Below are positions 25,805-40,213 of a DNA stretch of 64,000 bases, piece by piece; positions within the stretch are counted from its first letter, which is position 1; every line of letters starts with the position of its first letter. Source of the stretch: Eledone cirrhosa (lineage: Eukaryota). Below the pieces are notes generated by a model that saw only the letters and a list, made by a program, of their open reading frames with translations, was not told where the DNA came from and made no database searches. The stretch lies in NCBI GenBank assembly GCA_964016885.1, contig OZ024740.1:346084001-346148000 (forward strand), given 5' to 3'. The position numbers and the translations under genes were made by a program.

Positions 25805-28800
25805 TGTGTTCGCCTACAGCGTGGTGATAATGCCACACAAGAGCCAAGTGGAGCGGCGCAACCACCGGAGACGGTGAATCCACAGATGATTATGTAACCA
25901 TACATTTGCCAATCCTCGATAAGTGTGTTTATATATCGAACCTAAACAGTTCGAATAACGGTGAAATGGAGACTAGAACGTCATGTGACAGACTCTCACC
26001 CAACAGGTGCTCCCTGGCTCAGCAGCAGGAACCTGGCTGTCAACCAAATACTGCTGGTGTCGGAGGAAGAAGAAGAAGGAAAGGGACCAGAACCAACTGG
26101 ACGAAAGAATTGAATAGAACTGTTATGCAATGTTACCTGAAAAGTAACCCAAAGGAGAGGGGCTATAGGAGACGGATGCATAACATCTGGAACGAGATTG
26201 GTCTATTCAAATTAGATGAACAAAAATTGGCCGGGCAGGCTCGGGTAATAAGAACTAATGGGTGGATAAGCGAGCTGGAACTGGAGGAACTGACCAGAGA
26301 GATTAGCTTGGAGATGGAGGGTGGAGTATGCCAGGCAAACGAGCCAGTGGGAAATGAAGGTGAAGAGGTCGAGAGAACGGAGGAACCACCCGAAGCAGAC
26401 AATGATCTGAATACTGAGATAAATAATACCTGGAACAGAGATACGGCCACTGAGGAGATGAATGCTGACGGGCTAGGACAAGACTCGGTTGACATCCTAA
26501 ATTTAGTGGTAGATGAATTGAACAATGATAGTGGGAGACCTATGAACCTAAGATTTGTAGACAGGAACAAGTTAAAAGAAACAACAGCTAAGGTAAACAA
26601 AGTCATCCCATACCTTGAGGCGAGGAGCCTTCACCAGTGCAACAATATCCTCAAAGCAACAGCAAATACGGTGAGGAAACTACTTGGTATAAACGCGAGA
26701 GGAAACAACAGACAAGAAAGAGCAGAGCCTTGGTGGAAGAAACGACTGAGTGGTCAAATCAGGGAAATGAGAAATGACATTGGAAAGCTTGAGTCACTAC
26801 TGAATGGGACACTAAAAGACATAGGCACTAAAAATAGACTGGAAATAAAGTACAAAACTAGGAGGAAAAAGCTAAATATTATCATAGAGGAACTGAAGCA
26901 ACGTATTGTAGAAAAGAGTGCAAAAATCAGGCGATACGAGAACAGAGTTAGTCAGTATAAACAGAACCGCATGTTCGACAACAACCAGAAGATGCTGTTT
27001 GGACAGCTTGAGGGGAAAGAAAGAGGCAACGACTTGATCCCTGAGGCGGAACAAACTAAAACATTCTGGAGAGGAATATGGGAGCAGGATGTTAGACAAA
27101 ATGACCAGGCAGAGTGGATTGAGACAGTACAGAGGGAGATCGGTGAGCAGGCACACCAACAAACTGATTTGAGTATCACAGTTGAAACTCTTAAGGGGCA
27201 GGCCAAAAAGCTAACCAACTGGAAATCACCAGGCCCAGATGGTGTGCAGGGGTATTGGATTAAAAATATAACATCCCTCCACCCGAAACTGACAACCATG
27301 TTCAATGACTGCTTGATGTCAGGTGAGGTACCAGAGTGGTTGACAAAAGGTACCACAGTTCTGATAATGAAAGACCGAATCAAGGGCAATGATGTTACCA
27401 ACTATAGACCTATCACATGTCTGTCCGTAATGTGGAAACTGTTGACGAGCATTGTGTCTGAGGAAATCTACCATCACCTCCACACAAACAACTTGTTACC
27501 GGACGAACAGAAAGGATGCCGAAAGAAGTCACGTGGTACAAAGGACCAGTTACTTATTGATAAGATGGTAATGGGGAATTGCAGGAAGCGACACACTGAT
27601 CTTGCCATGGGATGGATAGAGTACAGAAAGGCATTTGACATGGTGCCTCATTCTTGGATCACCAAAAGCCTGGAGATCTTCAAGGTGGCAGATAACATCA
27701 GACAGTTGTTGGGCAAAAGTATGAAGTCCTGGGAAACAGAGTTGACATCAACTGGAGATTCCTTGGGAGGCGGGAAGATCAAGAGAGGTATCTTCCAGGG
27801 AGATACCCTGTCCCCTCTGTTGTTTGTCCTTGCCCTGATGCCCCTGACCAGTGTACTGCGAAAAGTGAGAGCAGGATACGGGTTGGGAAAGGGAGGGCTT
27901 ACCATCAATCACCTCCTCTTCATGCACGATCTTAAGCTCTTCGGGAAGAGTGAGAAGGAGTTGGATGTGCTTGTTGACACTGACCGTTTTTTCAGCAGTG
28001 ATATATGTATGCAGTTTGGTATTAGTAAGTGTGGAGTCATTGTGATGAGGAGGGGTAGGTTGAGCAGAAGTAAAGGAATCCAGATACCAACAGGTGAGAT
28101 GATAAAGGAAATTGACTCTGAGGAAGAATACACGTATTTGGGCGTTCTGGAGGCTGATGACATAAAGAACAAAAAAATGAAGGAATTGTTAAGAACTGAA
28201 AACATTCGGAGAGTAAGGAGCGTATTGAAGTCACATCTGAACAGCAGGAATGCCATAAGTGCAGTAAATTCCCGAGCTGTGTCTATTATTAGGTACAGTG
28301 CGGGAATTCTGAGATGGAATGTTGCTGAACAAAAAGAAATGGATAGGAAGACTAGGAAGCTATTGACTATCTACAACATGTTCCACAAGAGGAGCGATGT
28401 CGATAGACTCTACCTAAGGAGATCTGAGGGTGGAAGAGGTCTTATCAGCATAGAGGACTGTGTTCAGATGGAGAAAAACAACCTACACAAATACGTGACT
28501 GATAGTAAGGAGCCAATGCACAGAACTGTACTGAAGGAGGGGACAATAGGCCAGGGGATGTCCAAGGAGGAAATAACATCAAGGAGAAAGAGCAGCCTTC
28601 ATGAAAAATCCCTTCATAGTACATTCTTTGAGAAAACTGAATTTAGAGATCCACAGACATGGAACTGGTTAAGAAGATGAGACCTTAAAAAGGCTACAGA
28701 AGGAATATTAATGGCTGCGCAGGAGCAGGCCCTCAAAACGAAGTGGTTGAAACACCATATTTATAGGGAGGAGGCTAGCCCACTGTGCAGGATCTGAGGA

Positions 28801-29431
28801 GAGAGAGAGGAGACTGTGGATCACATTGTATCCGAGTGTAAACACCTAGCCCAGACCCACTATAAGGGCTGGAGACATGATGTGATGGGCAGGGTGATCC
28901 ACTGGCACCTGTGCAAAGTAAACAATTTACCACATTCTGAGAAATGGTATGAGCATAAGCCAGAGGCGGTGATGGAGAACGATCAGGTGAAGGTGCTGTG
29001 GGATTTTAGGATACAGACGGACAAGAAACTGGAACACAATAGACCTGACCTGGTGGTTGTGGACAAAGAAAAAAGATCGTGTCTGATTGTGGATGTGGCC
29101 TGCCCATTCGACACGAGAGTGCAAGAGAAGGAGAGGGAGAAAATTAACCGATACCAGGACTTAAAGTGAGAGGTGAACAGAATTTGGAACTGCCATGAAG
29201 TCAAAGTGATCCCGATTGTCATAGGCGCACTGGGGACTATCTCCAAAAGTTTCCAGGGATGGTCAAAGAAAATCGGCCCCTTCAGGCTTTTTGGAACGCT
29301 ACAAAAGGCATGCTTGCTGGGAACAGCAAGAACCCTCCGATACGTCCTGAATATCTGAGGCTGCAGGTAGTGGATTGATATTCATTCCAACGGACTTTCC
29401 AGTTAACTAACATCAATGACTGAGATTCAAG

Positions 29432-29478
<47 letters not shown>
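25805..29478 (+). mobile_element. R4/Dong-clade RLE non-LTR retrotransposon, family B, near full length, with (TAA)n tail
   Basis: Long ORF from ATG 25966, 3' UTR 29359-29432 and (AAT)n at 29433-29478. The 5' flank is (GTTT)n. Confidence 0.92.
25966..29358 (+). pseudogene. Dong/R4 family B polyprotein; one frame with three premature TGA stops and the RT motif FMDD mutated to FMHD
   Basis: RTNWTKELNRTVMQCY; WKSPGPDGV; NYRPITCL; FQGDTLSPLLF; NHLLFMHDLKL; YLG; GGRGL; CRI*...ETVDHIVSEC; RHD; NRPDLVV; DVACP; EK..RY. The stops at 28678, ~28796 and ~29167 are sense codons (GGA, TGT, TGG) in copy B'. Confidence 0.95.
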
Positions 29479-30365
29479 GAGGAAGAGCAGCCTTAAGGGA
29501 AAATCCCTTCATAGTACCTTCTTTGAGAAAACTGAATTTAGAGATCCACAGACATGGAACTGGTTGAGAAGAGGAGACCTCAAAAAGGCTACAGAAGGAA
29601 TGCTAATGGCTGCGCAGGAGCAGGCCCTCAAAACGAAGTGGTTGAAGCACCATATCTACAAGGAGGAGGCTAGCCCACTGTGCAGGATCTGTGGAGAGAG
29701 AGAGGAGACTGTGGCTCACATTGTGTCCGAGTGTAAACACCTAGCCCAGACCCACTATAAGGGCTGGAGACACGATGTGATGGGCAGGGTGATCCACTGG
29801 CACCTGTGCAAAGTAAACAATTTACCACATTCTGAGAAATGGTATGAGCATAGGCCAGAGGCGGTGATGGAGAACAATCAGGTGAAGGTGCTGTGGGATT
29901 TTAGGATACAGACGGACAAAAAACTGGAACACAATAGACCTGACCTGGTGATTGTGGACAAAGAAAAAAGATCGTGCCTGATTGTGGATGTGGCCTGCCC
30001 GTTCGACACGAGAGTGCAAGAGAAGGAGAGGGAGAAAATTAACCGATACCAGGACCTAAAGTGGGAGGTGAAAAGGATTTGGAACTGCCATGAAGTCAAA
30101 GTGATCCCGATTGTCATAGGCGCACTGGGGACTATCTCCAAATGTTTCCAGGGATGGTTAAAGAAAATCGGCCCCTTCACGCTTTTTGGAACGCTTCAAA
30201 AGGCATGCTTGCTTGGAACAGCAAGAACCCTCCGATACGTCCTGAATATCTGAGGCTGCAGGTAGTGTCTTGATATTCAATCCAACGGACTTTCCAGTTA
30301 ACCAACATCAATGACTGAGATTCAAGGAATAACAACAACAATAATAATAATAATAATAATAATAA
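29479..30365 (+). mobile_element. 5'-truncated copy (B') of Dong family B with an intact CCHC-RLE reading frame, joined to the (TAA)n tail of B
   Basis: Aligns to B from ~28583. ORF 29564..30253 is open. Same 3' UTR as B, then an (AAC)/(AAT)n tail. Confidence 0.93.
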
Positions 30366-30497
30366 TGTTTTCTTTATTAACCACAAGGGTTTACATAAAG
30401 TAGACATTAAGGACAGTACAGGACAATACAGGACGGTACAAATGGGCATTTCTGCGTGTAAAAAAAACGGAGGTTGAAATAAAATAACAAAGAAAAA
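30366..30497 (-). mobile_element. Short extra copy of the Tx1-like element's 3' end, flanked by (TAA)n on both sides
   Basis: TTTCTTTATTAACCACAAGGGTTTACATAAAG...TTTCTGCGTGTAAAAAA is nearly identical to 30521-30618. Confidence 0.9.
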
Positions 30498-30769
30498 TAA
30501 TAATAATAATAATAATAATGATTTCTTTATTAACCACAAGGGTTTACATAAAGTAGACATTAAGGACAGTGCAGGACAATACAGGACGGTACAAATGGGC
30601 ATTTCTGCGTGTAAAAAACAAAAACAGAGGATCTAACAAAAAATAACAATGAAAAATTCCCCAATAGGGGGGAGACTTCGGAGGGACATTTGTGGAGAAA
30701 GCCCAGTAAAAGGCCACAATGACCCTGACCACCAAGGCAAGTGCCCTCTCCCAGTTTTCCACCTTTAAT

Positions 30770-33342
30770 TTACAGATATATACTCAGAGTAGGCCCATTC
30801 ACTCGGGCCATTCTTGCTTCTCTCACCCATCTTTCAACAAAATGCTGGGAAGAGAGCACTTCCTTCTCTACTCTCATTTTCCTTTTCAAATGAAATTTGA
30901 AAAAGTCAATCAGAGCATCACCGAAGAGTTAAGTGCTCGTCTTCAGCCCTTTCAAACGTGTCCACCATACTATCTCTTTCGCCATGGCCAGCAGACAGAT
31001 AAAAACTGCCTGCCCTTCCCGGCTAAAGAAGGGGGGCGGGGCAATCCTCACGATGGACTCAGATGATAGCCGGAACCGTCCTAAACGCGACAGCAGGTGT
31101 TCGAAATAAACCCACAAGTCAGCAATTTTCGGACACTGGACGAATGCGTGCAGGACGGTTTCGTTGCCCTGCGCGCATCTCGGACATGCCCGGCTGACGG
31201 CACCTCCATGCCTGTAGAGTTTATCCCGAACTGGCAAGGCTCCTCGGTAGCACTGCCAGGCCAGAGATTTCTGGAAGTTGTCCATAGGCCCTGGCCCGAA
31301 AGTTCTTCCGAAGAGATTGGCTAGTTGATTTTCGTCGACGCCTAGAGTTTCCCCAAGTACGTCGTCGCTCTTCCCCTCCACTAATACTCTATAGAACGCC
31401 GAGGTGGAGTTTCCACCGATCACATTGCCCGATTGGTCGAGGGCTGTGAGCGCCTGAAGACATTCCAGTCTCCAGGCGCTCCCTCTCGGTCTTCGCTTGA
31501 CCCAGGACTGCAGCTCCGTCAAGGAAACGAGCTGGGGAAATACGTGTCTAGCAAACGGCTACCACACCTGATCACCGTCGAGGAAGAGGTGGCGATGTCG
31601 TAGCCTGAGCGCGTGCCTGCGCATCATCAGCCACGGCATGCCCAGCCCTCCACGTAGCGGGTGTTGAAAACAGATGGACCGCCTGATCATCGGAGCACGT
31701 CCCTTCCACATATAGCGAAAGAGCAAACGCTCCAGCGCAGTCAGGCGAAGCTTAGGACAAGGTACGACGGTCAGGCGGTAGCAGATGACAGACGCGATGT
31801 ACGCGTTAGCCACCTCCGCTCGACCTTTCAGGGATAGCTTCCTCTCCGCCCATTTCTGGGTGAGAGAAGCCACCCTGCTCGTTACCTCGTGCCAGTTTTT
31901 GTCCGTCTGGAGGTCCGGACCGAACCAGACGCCTAGCAATTTAACCGGTCCGTCCGTCCAGCGTCCGACGACGCTGTTGGACGGCATGGACCTGCCTCTC
32001 TAGGTGCCGAGCTGCAGGCCCACTGACTTTACCTGGTTGATCATTGCTCCTGTCACCGCTTCGTATTCTCTTAGTGTAGTGCCGATCGCCTCGATGTGTT
32101 TGGCATTCGACACCACTACGGTGACATCGTCCGCATATGCTGACACGGATCTTCCGCATCCTAGTTTGCGCGGGACCCCCCTCAACGTCTCCAGTTTGTG
32201 CAGTAATGGCTCGAGAGTCAATACGTACAAGAGGGACGAGAGGGGACATCCTTGGCGGACTGAGCGCATGATGTTGAACGGTTCCGACAGGTGACCGTTC
32301 ACTCTCACCACAGAGCAGATGTCGCTGTGCATGGCAGCGATCCAGCCTCAAGCAATTTCGCCGCAAGCACGTCGGTCGCAATGCCTTTGCTAAGCGCCTC
32401 GTATCATTTTCTAACTAGTTCTCCCTCTGCTCTATTTTTCTCTATTGCTAAGGCTTTACTAAACCTAATGGATTCTATTCTAATCGCTCTTTTCAGAGCA
32501 AACCACCACTTGTTGACGATGGCCCCCGTCAACGCCCATTTAACTAGTTCGCTAATCCGGTCTCTGTAGGCCTTGCGCGCTGGTAAGGACGCGTTTAGCT
32601 TCCAGTAGCCGGGTCCTCGTCTATGAGGCCTATCTAAGTCAAGCACACAGATCACGAATTTGTGGTCCGTGTAGCTGACTATCTTGAATTGTGGACAGCC
32701 TATGCTAGACCTATCTATTTCCCTACAAAATACTCTATCTAGATATGATCAGGATGACCCTATGCGATTTGTCCAAGTCCACATTGGCACATTCGGGAAA
32801 TCCAATCGGTACCTGTCAGACAGTTCAAAACGCCTGAGCAGGTTGGTGAGGCTCTTGCACACTCCACCCCTATCCGCTAATCCCACACAGTCCCAGCGTG
32901 CATCTAAGATCCCGTTCCAGTCGCCCACTAAAATTAAAGAGCGGGACGTTTCAAGAAAGGTCTCCAGACGCCGGAAGAAATCAGGCCGACCTGCTCCTGT
33001 CGGGGCATAGACGGCCACTAGCCTGAAAGCTTGCCCGTCTCCGCTGGTCACGTCCAGCACCACCAGCTTACCCTCTGGGTCCAGGAAGATGGCCCGTATG
33101 GCGAGATCCAAACCTCTCCGAAAAAGCACAGCAACTCCTACCCCCAATCCAGGACAGCTGGGAGATGCGTACACATCGTAGCCGCCGCAGATCGGTGCGA
33201 AGGCCAGTTCTTCGGAGATTCTGGTCTCGCTGATTGCCACTACATCTATGTTTAGTGACCGGAGGTCGTTGAGCAGGTGACCATGGTTCCATGACGACCC
33301 CAAGCCACGCGCATTTATGCTGCCTATTCTGAGTGAGTTCAT
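30770..33342 (-). pseudogene. Tx1-like ORF2 (APE endonuclease, RT, C-terminal CCHC) with stops and a large deletion of the linker/N-terminal RT near 32345
   Basis: SINARGL, VAISETR, LVAVYAP, LVGDWN, WTW, YLDR, TDH, GPGYWKLNASL; VRQGCPLSSLLY, SAYADDVT, KLLGVWFG, LSLKGRAEVAN, GGLGMP, CPRC...ETVLHAFVQC. Confidence 0.92.
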
Positions 33343-33377
33343 GTTTAAAATAGAGTGGAAAAGATGGGAAAGACCAC

Positions 33378-35492
33378 TTACCGTACTTTTCGTAGAGGAG
33401 GGACGGTTTTTACATCCCTTTTCACTTGATCGTCTGGTGAAGGGACCGTTGAATCGTCTCTTCGGCTGGTCGTTGGCTCTTCTATGAGTATGTCCGAATA
33501 TACTCTTCGATTGATAGTTCCTCCTAGGTCCTTGAAATCACCAACTGCGTTGGGGAACTTCGTTTTAATGTTTGTGTGTTGTTTCTGTGCTATTTTTAGC
33601 AGTCTTATGTTAGTTGGCGTTTTGATTGGTGCTGGTATTATGTAGTCGTGTTGTGAAATGTCTGTGTGTTCAATTATGTAAGTCATTAGTTTCTTGTTGT
33701 GTGTATTTATTGCCGTGCATTTGTTTTTCTGGGGGTTGAGTGTGGTTCTGCTATTTTCTTGTCGTTGTTGCTGGGTGTGGGTGTTTTCTTGTTGTGTTTG
33801 CGATGTTGGTGCTTGTGGTGGTGGTGTTGAAGGTGTTGTTGGCGGTGGGGTTGTCGCCGGTGGTGATGGTGGTGCTAGTGTGGGTGGTGATGGTGTTGGT
33901 GGTGTTGCTGCTGTGAGTCTCTTTGCAGTAGAATTTACCCTTTTCTCATTTCTTTCTTCCCTTTTCAAAGGCGACGATGCGCTGCTTCTGCGTTTGTGCC
34001 TTCTTACGACCTTTTGCCATCCCTCTCCCACCTCACACTCCATGTCTGATTCTGTGAGGTCGGGGAGGGGTACCAGCTCCACTCTTTCACTTGTTGTTGT
34101 TGGTGATGTTTGCACTGGAGTCTCTGTTGCAGCTGCATTTGGTATTGCTGTTGTTGTTGTTAATATTTCCACTGCTGCTGCTGTTTTTGATTTCCGTGGC
34201 GTGGGTATGGGTGCCACGGACCTATCATTCCTGGTTGCCGCTTGTCCTGTTGCTGGTAGCCGTGGAGCCGGTTTCGGAAGGAGAGGGGTTTTCTCTTTTC
34301 TCAGGGTCTTCTCGTTGCAGAAGGCCCTGAGGTGAGTCTTCTATCCAGAGCGAAAGCATTTCGGGCGTTTGCCCTCAACACTTATGGGCAGTTGAGTGCC
34401 GTTATCGAAGTCTATCACATCCAGGATAGCTTCGATGCACTCCTGGTTGGTTTGGATTAGCATCTCAATGGAGGTGCCGACCCAATCTTCTCTTACTTTT
34501 TTCTGTACCTGCAGTACAGTTGTTTTGTCCTCGATTCCGACGAGGACAGACGCGGCCAGCCAAGATGGGGCCATCCCGGGGGGCACGTGGGTCAGTTTGA
34601 CCCTCACAATTTTTTGCCCGCAGTAGGAGGGCACCAAAACCATTTCCTCGCTCGTTAGGGTCACTACGGATTGAGCCTTTGCCTCCTGGTGTGTGACAAA
34701 AAGTACGTCTACGGTGGCATATTTCTTGCCTCGGGTGATGTGTGTTTTCCGCTGCCACACAGACCCCAAGGCTTTTTGTATTTGAGCCTCTGTGGCTCTT
34801 TCCACCCTACGGGATTTTGTACTTACTGTACGGTCCGTGACCGTACAGTGCTGTTGGGTTTCGAAAAATGTTTCCGCTGCTTTGCAGATTGCTCGGCGTC
34901 CAGTTTTTGTCACCATCTTCTTCGCTTGCTCTAATTCCTCATTTGTTATGAGGATTGTTTCCAGGTTCTTCGCGATACCTGCAAACGAAATTGGTTTTTC
35001 TTTGCTGCTGTTGTTGTTGTTGTTGTCGTCAGAGCTGCTGTTACTTTTGTTGTTGCTGCAGGTACTACGACTACTGCCGCCGCCGCTGTTGCTGCTGCTG
35101 CTGTTGTTGTTGCTGCTAATGCTGTTGTTGTTTATGCTGCTGCTGATGCTGTTGCGGCTGCTACTGTTGTTTTCCTTGTCACTGTTGCTGCTGCTGCTGT
35201 TATTACGGCTGCTACTGCTATTATTCCTGACGTCAGGCGAATGAAATGGGTTTTCGTATTTCCCGCAGACCTTTTTCGTCGTCGTCGTTGTCGTCGTCGT
35301 CGTGGAGAAATCTTGCACGCTTTGCACGTGATTTTTCTTTTCTGGCGTCGCTTGCGAAAGAGAAGGGAGGGAGAGAGACACATTTAGAGAAGGGAGGGAG
35401 AGAGACAATCTTCTCTCTGCTGTAGTGATGATTGAGGAAGAAGAAGACGGAATGAGTGGGTGTGACCTATGAAAATTCTTTTTCGTAGCCAT
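33378..35492 (-). pseudogene. Tx1-like ORF1 (Ser/Asn-rich N-terminus, RRM-like core, decayed CCHC knuckle, Pro/Thr-rich C-terminus); one in-frame stop at 34341
   Basis: ORFs 34341..35525 and 33378..34217 share a frame. ISFAGIAK; VEGKRPKCFRSG*KTHLRAFC is a decayed CX2CX4HX4C; GWQKV.RR. Confidence 0.8.
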
Positions 35493-35750
35493 TTTTTTTT
35501 TGTTTAAAATAAATATTGGGCACAAAACCCCAATAAGCGGTTATTTAATCCCGAAGGGCCAAATAACGGGTAGAAAGACCCTTTCACGAGGAGGAGGGTG
35601 TTTTTGTCTACAATTTAGTTTAAGTTTTAAACAATTTGCAATTGTTATAGCGGTCAAAATTTACAATACCTTACAGAGCCGAGCCTCCGTCAACCATAGT
35701 ATTGAATAATAATAATAGTAATAATAATAATAATAAAAATAATAATAATA

Positions 35751-37066
<1,316 letters not shown>

Positions 37067-37077
37067 AAGAAGAAAAA

Positions 37078-38115
37078 CTATTTTCGAAGATTGGGGACAA
37101 TCCTCAAGTTCAGTTAGAATGGTGGATATAATTAGGTACAGTGCAGGGATTGCAGGATAGACGAAACTAGAGTTAAAGGAAATTGATCGAAAATCTGGAA
37201 AAGCGATTACTGTCCATCGAGGTATGCAGCCTAAGGTAATGCAGACCGTTTGTTTTGGAAATGAAAGGATGAGTATATGGGTTTGCTGTGTCTAAAAGAC
37301 GCTTTCAAAATAGAAAAATATTTATATTGGCTTCTACATAAGGAAGAAAGCATTCTATTCATTGTTGTCAGGGAAGGCATATTTGAGACAAATGGAGACA
37401 CACAAAACACAAAAACTGAAGAACGTAAATAAACATTTGATAACAATCCCTGCATTCAGCATTTCTTAAAGAAACACGAAGCGTGTGAGATAACAAAAAT
37501 ACTTGGTTATGTTTACGGAAAGGCTACCTTAAGATGAAGCAATAATAACAAGGTGGCTAATGAAAAATATAGCATGATGTTCAAACTGAATGCAGAATTT
37601 GTGGGGAAAGAGCAGAGTCAGTTGCTTATATCTGTTTATAAGCTGTTAGAACAGAATGCCGACATTATAATGTGGCTACCATGTTGCATTAGTATCACAA
37701 ATGAGATGAGAATGCTAGATGATGTTAAGATATAACTCTTATGGGATTTCCTAATTCATTCCGAGATGAAGATTGAACACAACACAATGAAGCAGATATT
37801 GTTGTATTTGAGAAGAAGGAAAGAAAATGTACTCCCATAGATGTAGTCTGTCCCTTTGACACCAGAATTGAACGAAAAAGGGAGAAAATACGGGTTTATA
37901 CTGATTTGAAATATGAGATCTTGAAATGGTGTAACAATAGATTGGACAGTCACCATCGTTCCAGTAGTAATTGGTGGCAAAGAAACAGGCACAGTGCCAA
38001 AGAACCTTGAGAACTACTCGTTGAAAATAAACTTTGTACTAGGGATTGATCAGTTCCAGAAGACATGCGTACTGGCAATAAGTCAAATATTGAGAAAGGT
38101 CGAGCATTAGTGAAA
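37078..38115 (+). pseudogene. Decayed third R4/Dong-type element (3' part)
   Basis: Remnants YFRRL..IL, IIRYSAG, KEIDRK, TWLCLRKGYLK, LLWDF, DIVV.EKKERKC..IDVVCPFDTRI...EKI..Y.DLKYEI, IVPVVIG, QFQKTCVL...ILRKV. Confidence 0.75.
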
Positions 38116-38189
38116 CGACAAGAAGGGTAATCTTGAAATAATCGACCAAAACAACATCAAAGTTGGTCTTGATAAACTGTTAAATAATG

Positions 38190-38378
38190 ATTTCTAGTAT
38201 AGACACAAGACCAGTAATTTCGGAGGAGTGGAAAGTCGATTAAATTGACCCCAGTGGTACTTCATTTTATCGAATTCGTAAAAGCTAACCTGGACGGGAT
38301 TTGAACTCAGTACATCACTCTATATTGCAAGGCATGGTGTCCGACGCTCTACCAATACTGCCAATCCACCTCCCTCAA
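38190..38378 (-). mobile_element. Diverged Nin-like SINE copy
   Basis: Reverse complement of the A/B boxes (GGGATTTGAACTCAG, CAATACTGCCAAT) and the tail. Confidence 0.75.
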
Positions 38379-40213
38379 TAATAATAATAGAGACTATTAA
38401 TTATATATAAATGTATGAACTAGGAGCTCAGCTATCACTCAGTTCAATATAAAAAGCTGAATTTCGTTCAAGAAGTTTTAAACTTTAAACCTTTCTTGAA
38501 AATGAAGATCATGTGATTTAATTCCTATAATATTGAACACCTGTACTGCAACAAAGACTGAAGATACACAGCGAGAAACAAACTGAACATACACCTTCAG
38601 AATAAGAAACAAGTTAATATATGTAATAATGAATTAAAAAAAGTGTTATTTAGTAGCATACTAAAAACCATGTAAGCATATACGTCTTTGCATTTTACAT
38701 TAAAATGTGTTGTCTACTCATTGTTTCTTTTAAAATCAGTTTTCTATTTTGTTAGTCAGTATTCAGATATATTATGTAGTTGCCGTTTTTGCTATTTTCT
38801 TTTGTTTTCTTTTCTAGTGTATACAACGCGACGAATTAACATATTTTTCAGCGTGGGATAGTATGCCTTGCGGTATTTGTGACAACTTGTGATTTGAGGT
38901 TCAATTCCACAGTTTATGACGTTTCTTTTATATATGATTTGTCTCTCCCCCTTTCATGTCACTACCTTTCTCCTTCTCACTATTTCCGTCCCTTTCAATT
39001 TGTCAATCTTAATCCACCAATTTGCAGCTTGAGGAGGGTGGTGGCCGATCACTCACATCATCTCTTTCTCTAGAAATTGAGACGGGAAGAGCGACAGTCA
39101 AGCAAGAAATTATTATAGAAAAGCTCATATGCAACTGAAGCCTTTCAAGCACGGCCTGATTTGCAGCACTGCACGGAACGGTCTAAGGTAACAAGAGATA
39201 GTCATTGTGTTATTTCAGAGACAAATAAAGACGTCTGATAATGAGCTGCTGAAGCATACGAATATAATTCCTTTTAATTTATCGTTGGCTGCACATATTG
39301 TAATTTGTTAAAGAAATCCAAATGTCTGACATTAGCAAATATGGCAAATTATTGTCTGAAATTTCACCGCTTCAATCATGATCAATTTAATTAAGATATC
39401 TTTATTTCACTCAGATAATGATATTCTTCAATGTTATTCATTTGTTTGTTTGTCTACGACACACGAAGTTGTTTTGTTTTGTTAATTTTAAAAGTGTTAT
39501 TATTGATTTTACATTATTTTTTTCTTTTGTTTTTTCGATGGTCTCGATTTTCAATAAAATAAATGATGAATTATACGCCAGCTATAATTATGTTCTATTT
39601 CTGCTTGCCATAATTAATTGTTGCATATCATTGAACGAATTACCAGGTATCTTTAAAATCACTATAAATTTCAATACTATGTATTATTTCTCGCTTTGCA
39701 GTTCTTTAACTGAATATTTGTTTATTTTTACAAAAAAGCAATTTGTTATGTCTTTCTTATTAAATAGTATTTTTAGGCTAGTAAATCTATAGTATATTTA
39801 CTGTTAATTTGTTCCGTGGCTAAATTGTCGATAGTCCGTTTAGGATGTTTTCATGTACTTTTGTTCATTTATTAATTTTGCTGAAAATGAGTTAATATTT
39901 TTCTTATTCTGAATTCCGTCTTTCGGATGTTGATTGGAGTAAATACATTTCACATCGCAAACAATCCGTATAGAACGTATTCCAATAAACTTGTTAATAG
40001 TCGAGCGCAGCAAGAATATGAATTCTCCTTGAGGTCAAAAAGAGAGAGAAGGAGCACAGGAAAGCGACAGAGAGACCTTAGCTGTATTTCTCATATATTT
40101 TATCTGATGAAAACGTACTGAAACACCATTTTACCTTTGAAATATATATAATAAAATATATATTTTGGTTATGAGAATATTTTCATTTATTAATATTTAG
40201 AATAATATATATA

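Larger units (their letters stand above)
30519..35705 (-). mobile_element. Tx1-like (L1 group) APE non-LTR retrotransposon, both ends present, internally deleted, embedded in (TAA)n in reverse orientation
   Basis: 5' UTR, ORF1 with zinc knuckle, ORF2 with APE-RT-CCHC, and a 3' UTR with AATAAA followed by (ATT)n on the element strand. TAA repeats flank both ends. Confidence 0.88.

Noticed and set aside
25823-25866. TAATGCCAC...GTGGAG resembling a twister ribozyme P2 region
   Set aside because: The interior is too short for P4 and the pseudoknot partners are missing.
26163-35244. Antisense ORFs overlapping the LINE ORFs (e.g. 26163..26606, 26952..27401, 33694..34335, 34792..35244)
   Set aside because: They are shadow ORFs caused by codon and low-complexity bias of the sense strand, with no motifs of their own.
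35540-35605. TCCTCG motif and UUCG hairpin in the Tx1 5' UTR (minus strand), suggesting an HDV-like ribozyme
   Set aside because: I could not assign P1, P2 or P3; only simple hairpins are evident.
39074-39187. Segment with good-looking splice acceptor (ctctag) and donor (AAG/gtaaca)
   Set aside because: All three frames contain stops and there is no other exon evidence.
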